A stretch of DNA of 51,011 nt from sequence record SRR31156797_4985. One strand, given 5' to 3'. Of this stretch, positions 46,599-51,011 are shown piece after piece (position 1 is the first letter of the stretch; each line of letters starts with the position of its first letter). The notes beneath the pieces are model-generated. The model saw only the letters and a list, made by a program, of their open reading frames with translations. It was not told the DNA's origin and did not search any database. Position numbers and translations under genes: made by a program.

Positions 46599-47768
46599 GT
46601 GAGTTCAGATTCAAGGTACAATCAAAGAGGGGTTTCAGCATCCAAAGAAGATGTGCATAACGCCATTAAAAACATCGATAAAGGCTTATTTCCAAAAGCT
46701 TTTTGTAAAATAATTCCGGATATTCTTTGTGGAGATGAGGAGTATTGCAACATTATGCATGCTGATGGAGCGGGAACAAAATCCTCGCTGGCATACATGT
46801 ACTGGAAAGAAACCGGTGATGTAAGCGTATGGAAAGGTATTGCTCAGGATGCTTTAATTATGAATCTTGATGATCTGCTTTGTGTAGGGGCAACAGATAA
46901 TATTTTGGTTTCATCAACGATTGGCCGAAATAAAAATTTGGTTCCGGGAGAAGTAATATCAGCTATTATCAATGGAACAGAGGAATTGTTGGCTGAATTA
47001 CGCGAAATGGGTGTTTCAATTTATTCTACAGGAGGTGAAACTGCTGATGTGGGTGATTTAGTAAGAACCATCATTGTCGATTCTACTGTTACTTGCAGAA
47101 TGAAAAAAGCCGATGTCATTGATAATAAAAACATCAAAGCAGGAGATGTAATTGTTGGTTTAGCATCTTACGGAAAAGCATCTTACGAAAAAGAATATAA
47201 TGGAGGAATGGGAAGTAATGGTTTAACTTCTGCACGTCATGATGTTTTTGCAAATTATTTAGCTGAAAAATTTCCTGAAAGTTTTGATCCTTCAGTACCT
47301 TCAGAATTAGTGTATTCCGGAGGACTAAAATTAACGAATGAAGTAGAAGGTGTGGATATTGATGCCGGAAAATTGGTGTTGTCTCCTACCAGAACATATG
47401 CGCCGGTTATTAAAACAATTTTAGATAAATATCGTTCTCAAATTCATGGAATGGTTCATTGTTCAGGTGGTGCACAAACTAAAGTGCTGCATTTTGTGGA
47501 TAATCTTCATGTAATTAAAGATAACTTATTTGCAGTTCCTCCTTTGTTTAAAACCATTCAGGAGCAATCTGGTACGGCTTGGGACGAGATGTACAAGGTT
47601 TTTAACATGGGACATAGAATGGAATTGTATGTGCCGGAAGAAATAGCTCAGGAAATTATTGAGATTAGCAAATCATTTAATATCGATGCTCAAATTGTAG
47701 GTAGATGCGAGGCAAGTGATAAAAAAGAACTGACTATCGAAAGTGAGTTCGGAACATTTAAATATTAA
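46599..47768 (+). CDS. purM: Phosphoribosylformylglycinamidine cyclo-ligase (AIR synthase)
   Basis: HADGAGTKS, MNLDDL, GGETADVG, SNGLT, HCSGG, VFNMG. Confidence 0.93.
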   Translation: MSSDSRYNQRGVSASKEDVHNAIKNIDKGLFPKAFCKIIPDILCGDEEYCNIMHADGAGTKSSLAYMYWKETGDVSVWKGIAQDALIMNLDDLLCVGATDNILVSSTIGRNKNLVPGEVISAIINGTEELLAELREMGVSIYSTGGETADVGDLVRTIIVDSTVTCRMKKADVIDNKNIKAGDVIVGLASYGKASYEKEYNGGMGSNGLTSARHDVFANYLAEKFPESFDPSVPSELVYSGGLKLTNEVEGVDIDAGKLVLSPTRTYAPVIKTILDKYRSQIHGMVHCSGGAQTKVLHFVDNLHVIKDNLFAVPPLFKTIQEQSGTAWDEMYKVFNMGHRMELYVPEEIAQEIIEISKSFNIDAQIVGRCEASDKKELTIESEFGTFKY

Positions 47769-47878
47769 TAGGTATTAAATATGCCATATTCAGGATTTAT
47801 ATAAGTGTAAGGATCTTTCTTTTCTATGAAAAAGAGTGGGAGTCTTATTTCTTATTTTAAAATTCTAAAAACATTCAA

Positions 47879-48964
47879 ATGAGCGAAAATAAATTATTAG
47901 ATATGTTAGGCGGGGTGGTAATCAAATTTCAGGAGGTTTCTGAGCAGATTACTGATCCTGAGGTGATTTCCGATACCAAAAGGTATGTAAAGCTTAACAA
48001 AGAGTATAAAGAATTAGAGCGTGTAGTAAAAGCGCACGATGAATATAAATCAGCATTGGAAACCATCGCTGAGGCAAAAATGATTCTAAGGGAAGAAGAT
48101 GATGCTGAAATGAAGGAGATGGCCAAGATGGAGCTGGATGAGATAGAGGACAAGCTTCCTGAAATGGAGGAACAAATTAAGCTTCTTTTAATTCCTGCCG
48201 ATCCTGAAGATGGTAAAAACTGTGTGGTTGAAGTGCGTGCCGGTACAGGTGGTGATGAAGCCAGTATTTTTGCCGGCGACTTGTTCCGTATGTATACTAA
48301 ATACTGCGAAAAGAAAGGTTGGAAGGTTGACGTAACCCATATGAACGAAGGTACTGCCGGAGGTTATAAGGAAATTGTTTTTAATGTAACTGGCGAAGGT
48401 GTTTACGGTATTCTGAAATATGAATCAGGCGTTCACCGTGTGCAACGTGTTCCGCAAACTGAAACGCAAGGGCGTGTGCATACATCAGCAGCATCGGTTG
48501 CTGTTTTACCCGAAGCTGAAGAGTTTGATATTGAATTAAAGCAAGAGGATATTCGTAAAGATACCTACTGTTCGTCAGGTCCTGGAGGTCAGTCGGTGAA
48601 TACAACTTATTCGGCTATTCGTCTTACGCATATCCCTTCAGGAATTGTGGTAACATGTCAGGATCAGAAATCGCAGTTGAAAAACCTGGATAAAGCCATG
48701 GGCGAATTAAGAACACGTTTGTACAATCTGGAATATCAAAAATATTTAGATAAAATTTCTTCTAAGCGAAAAACAATGGTTTCTACAGGAGACCGTTCTG
48801 CTAAAATTCGTACCTACAACTATCCACAAGGTAGGGTGACTGACCATCGTGTGAATTTTACTTTGTATAATCTACCTGCAGTTATGGATGGCGACATTCA
48901 AAATGTTATCGATCGCTTAATTGTAGAAGAAAATGCAGAGAGACTAAAAGAAAGCGAATTGTAA
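47879..48964 (+). CDS. prfA: Peptide chain release factor 1
   Basis: GTGGDEA, ESGVHRVQRVPQTE (PxT), GGQ. Confidence 0.98.
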   Translation: MSENKLLDMLGGVVIKFQEVSEQITDPEVISDTKRYVKLNKEYKELERVVKAHDEYKSALETIAEAKMILREEDDAEMKEMAKMELDEIEDKLPEMEEQIKLLLIPADPEDGKNCVVEVRAGTGGDEASIFAGDLFRMYTKYCEKKGWKVDVTHMNEGTAGGYKEIVFNVTGEGVYGILKYESGVHRVQRVPQTETQGRVHTSAASVAVLPEAEEFDIELKQEDIRKDTYCSSGPGGQSVNTTYSAIRLTHIPSGIVVTCQDQKSQLKNLDKAMGELRTRLYNLEYQKYLDKISSKRKTMVSTGDRSAKIRTYNYPQGRVTDHRVNFTLYNLPAVMDGDIQNVIDRLIVEENAERLKESEL

Positions 48965-49007
48965 AGACTTTCGATTTTATAAACTTTGAACTTTAAAACT
49001 TGATTAA

Positions 49008-49835
49008 ATGACTTCTCAAGAATTATTTGAAAACATTAAAAAGAAAGAAAGTTTTCTTTGCGTTGGATTGGATACTGATATTAATAAAATACCTCGTTTT
49101 TTATTAGAAACTACCGATCCTATTTTTGCTTTTAATAAAGAAATTATTGATGCAACTGCTGAGTTTACGGTAGCTTATAAGCCTAATTTGGCGTTTTACG
49201 AAAGTATGGGTGTTGCCGGATGGAATAGTTTGGAAAAAACAGTGAATTACATCCGATACAACTATCCAGATTTGTTTATTATTGCTGATGCTAAAAGAGG
49301 TGATATTGGGAATACATCGAATATGTACGCCAAAGCTTTTTTTGACACGATGGATTTTGATTCAGTAACTGTAGCGCCATATATGGGTGAAGATTCAGTG
49401 AAGCCTTTTATGACTTATGTAGATAAATGGGTTATTCTTTTAGCGCTTACTTCAAACAAAGGAGCAGCTGATTTTCAGTATGTAACTGAGAATGATGAGA
49501 AGTTGTTTGAAAAAGTAATTAAGACTTCAAAAGAATGGGGTACTGAAGAAAATCTTATGTATGTAGTAGGAGCTACAAAAGCTGAGAAATTAAAAGAGAT
49601 CAGAGATATTATTCCAAATCACTTTTTATTAGTTCCGGGAGTTGGTGCTCAAGGTGGAAGTTTAGCCGAGGTTGCTGAGAATGGAATGAATGAAAAATGT
49701 GGATTGTTAGTAAATTCCTCACGTGGAATTATTTATAAAAGTGGAGATAAGGACTTTGCAGAGCAGGCAGGTATAGCAGCAAAAGAGGTTCAGCAAGAAA
49801 TGAGTTCTCTTTTAAAAGCTAAAGGATTGATTTAA
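49008..49835 (+). CDS. pyrF: Orotidine 5'-phosphate decarboxylase
   Basis: [34 protein letters not shown]. Confidence 0.97.
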   Translation: MTSQELFENIKKKESFLCVGLDTDINKIPRFLLETTDPIFAFNKEIIDATAEFTVAYKPNLAFYESMGVAGWNSLEKTVNYIRYNYPDLFIIADAKRGDIGNTSNMYAKAFFDTMDFDSVTVAPYMGEDSVKPFMTYVDKWVILLALTSNKGAADFQYVTENDEKLFEKVIKTSKEWGTEENLMYVVGATKAEKLKEIRDIIPNHFLLVPGVGAQGGSLAEVAENGMNEKCGLLVNSSRGIIYKSGDKDFAEQAGIAAKEVQQEMSSLLKAKGLI

Positions 49836-49860
49836 AATAATCGTACAATTTATATAAAGA

Positions 49861-49886
49861 AAAGCCTCCGTTAAGGGGGCTTTTTT
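49861..49886 (+). terminator. Intrinsic terminator
   Basis: AAAGCCTCC-GTTAA-GGGGGCTTT followed by a T tract. Confidence 0.88.
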
Positions 49887-49966
49887 GTTTGGTACTTTTC
49901 ACAGTTTACTTTTTCGTAAAATGTTTAGTATATTGATAGTAGATCTAATTACTAAACGTTTATGTT

Positions 49967-51011
49967 ATGTTTGAAGAGTTTTTGCATTTTATTTGGAAGC
50001 ATAAGTTGTATGCTCAACAATCTCTTTTAACACACCAAGGGCAATCTGTAGAGGTAATTCATCCGGGTGATATAAATTCAAATGCAGGCCCTGATTTCTT
50101 TAATGCTAAAATAAAAATTGATGGAACGCTTTGGGCTGGCAATGTTGAAGTTCATGTAAAAGCATCCAATTGGTTAGATCATCAACACCAAAACGATAAG
50201 GCGTACGATAATGTAATATTGCATGTAGTTGAAGAAGTAGATTCGGACACATTTACTACACAAGGACAAGTAATTCCTATTTTAAAACTACCATATAGTT
50301 CATTGGTTTTTCAGGAATACATGGAGCTAAAAAATAATAAAGACTGGCTTTCATGCGGATCAAAACTTAATTTAGTAAATCCCTTTGAATTTAACATGTG
50401 GTTGGATCGCATGTTAGTGGAAAGGTTAGAATATAAAATGAAGGATATAATTCGTATTCTTGAGCAAACTAATAACAATTGGGATGAAACATTTTATCGT
50501 CTATTATTTCGGAGTTTTGGTTTTGGAGTTAATGGAGTTCCATTTGAATTATTGGCACAATCAATACCGCTCAAAATTTTATTAAAATATGCCGATAATA
50601 TTCAATTGATCGAAGCATTGCTTTTGGGTCAGTCCGGATTTTTAAATCAGGATTTAAAAGGAGATTATGCTCAAAAATTATTGTCAGATTATCTGTTTTT
50701 AAAACAAAAGCATCAATTGGAAGCTGTAGATAATTATCTATGGAAATTTTTAAGACTGAGACCAGGTAATTTTCCTACTATAAGGATTGCACAACTATCT
50801 GCTTTGTCGGTTAAGCTGAAAGGTGTTTTTGGAAAAATACTTAATGAAAATGATTTAAATATTTTAGAAGATAAACTCGATGCAAGTGTCTCATTTTATT
50901 GGAAAACACATTATACATTTAAGAAAGAATCAAAGTCGAGTGAAAAATGCTTAGGTAGGAGATCGAAACAGTTATTGATTATTAATACAATCGTTCCTTA
51001 TTTATTTGCGT
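49967..51011 (+). CDS. DUF2851-like protein, 3'-partial (not in the ORF track)
   Basis: ATG 49967 MFEEFLHFIWKHKLY, AGPDFFNAKI, WAGNVEVH, YDNVILHVV, RLRPGNFPTIRIAQL; runs off the window. Confidence 0.9.
   Translation, partial: MFEEFLHFIWKHKLYAQQSLLTHQGQSVEVIHPGDINSNAGPDFFNAKIKIDGTLWAGNVEVHVKASNWLDHQHQNDKAYDNVILHVVEEVDSDTFTTQGQVIPILKLPYSSLVFQEYMELKNNKDWLSCGSKLNLVNPFEFNMWLDRMLVERLEYKMKDIIRILEQTNNNWDETFYRLLFRSFGFGVNGVPFELLAQSIPLKILLKYADNIQLIEALLLGQSGFLNQDLKGDYAQKLLSDYLFLKQKHQLEAVDNYLWKFLRLRPGNFPTIRIAQLSALSVKLKGVFGKILNENDLNILEDKLDASVSFYWKTHYTFKKESKSSEKCLGRRSKQLLIINTIVPYLFA

Noticed and set aside
1-51011. tRNA, rRNA, riboswitch, IS or prophage
   Set aside because: No cloverleaf, rRNA-like stretch, transposase or phage gene recognised; the ribD leader is too short for an FMN riboswitch. 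A covariance-model scan would be needed to exclude small RNAs

Overview
AT-rich chromosomal segment from a member of Bacteroidota. The evidence is TAnnTTTG -7 promoter boxes, lack of Shine-Dalgarno signals, and the mutL-rhomboid-rhomboid-EEP and purM-prfA-pyrF-DUF2851 gene orders; a marine Marinilabiliales-like anaerobe is plausible but only inferred. The backbone is housekeeping: cls, ribD, prmC, acpH, gmhA, folA, thyA, mutL, a CoA-transferase, purM, prfA and pyrF. Two accessory regions stand out. (1) 0.1-9.7 kb holds a LytS/LytTR pair whose sensor contains a cysteine-less thioredoxin-like domain, a missed 45-aa gene, a non-coding array with 23-bp periodicity, and three small membrane-protein genes. 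The first two of these are each bracketed by mutually complementary ends and are separated by an attC-like hairpin, suggesting an integrase-less, integron-like cassette array. (2) 25.7-42.1 kb is a ~16-kb signalling island: a cheW-MCP-cheA-PAS operon with no cheY/cheB/cheR and an MCP with two extracytoplasmic CZB domains. It faces a divergent five-gene operon containing a pseudo-receiver kinase, a NarL-type regulator, a hybrid kinase, a kinase with a degenerate ATP-binding domain, and a 1489-aa six-PAS sensor with no output domain. No rRNA, tRNA, CRISPR, transposase or integrase was recognised. Family names are from motif recall, not database searches.
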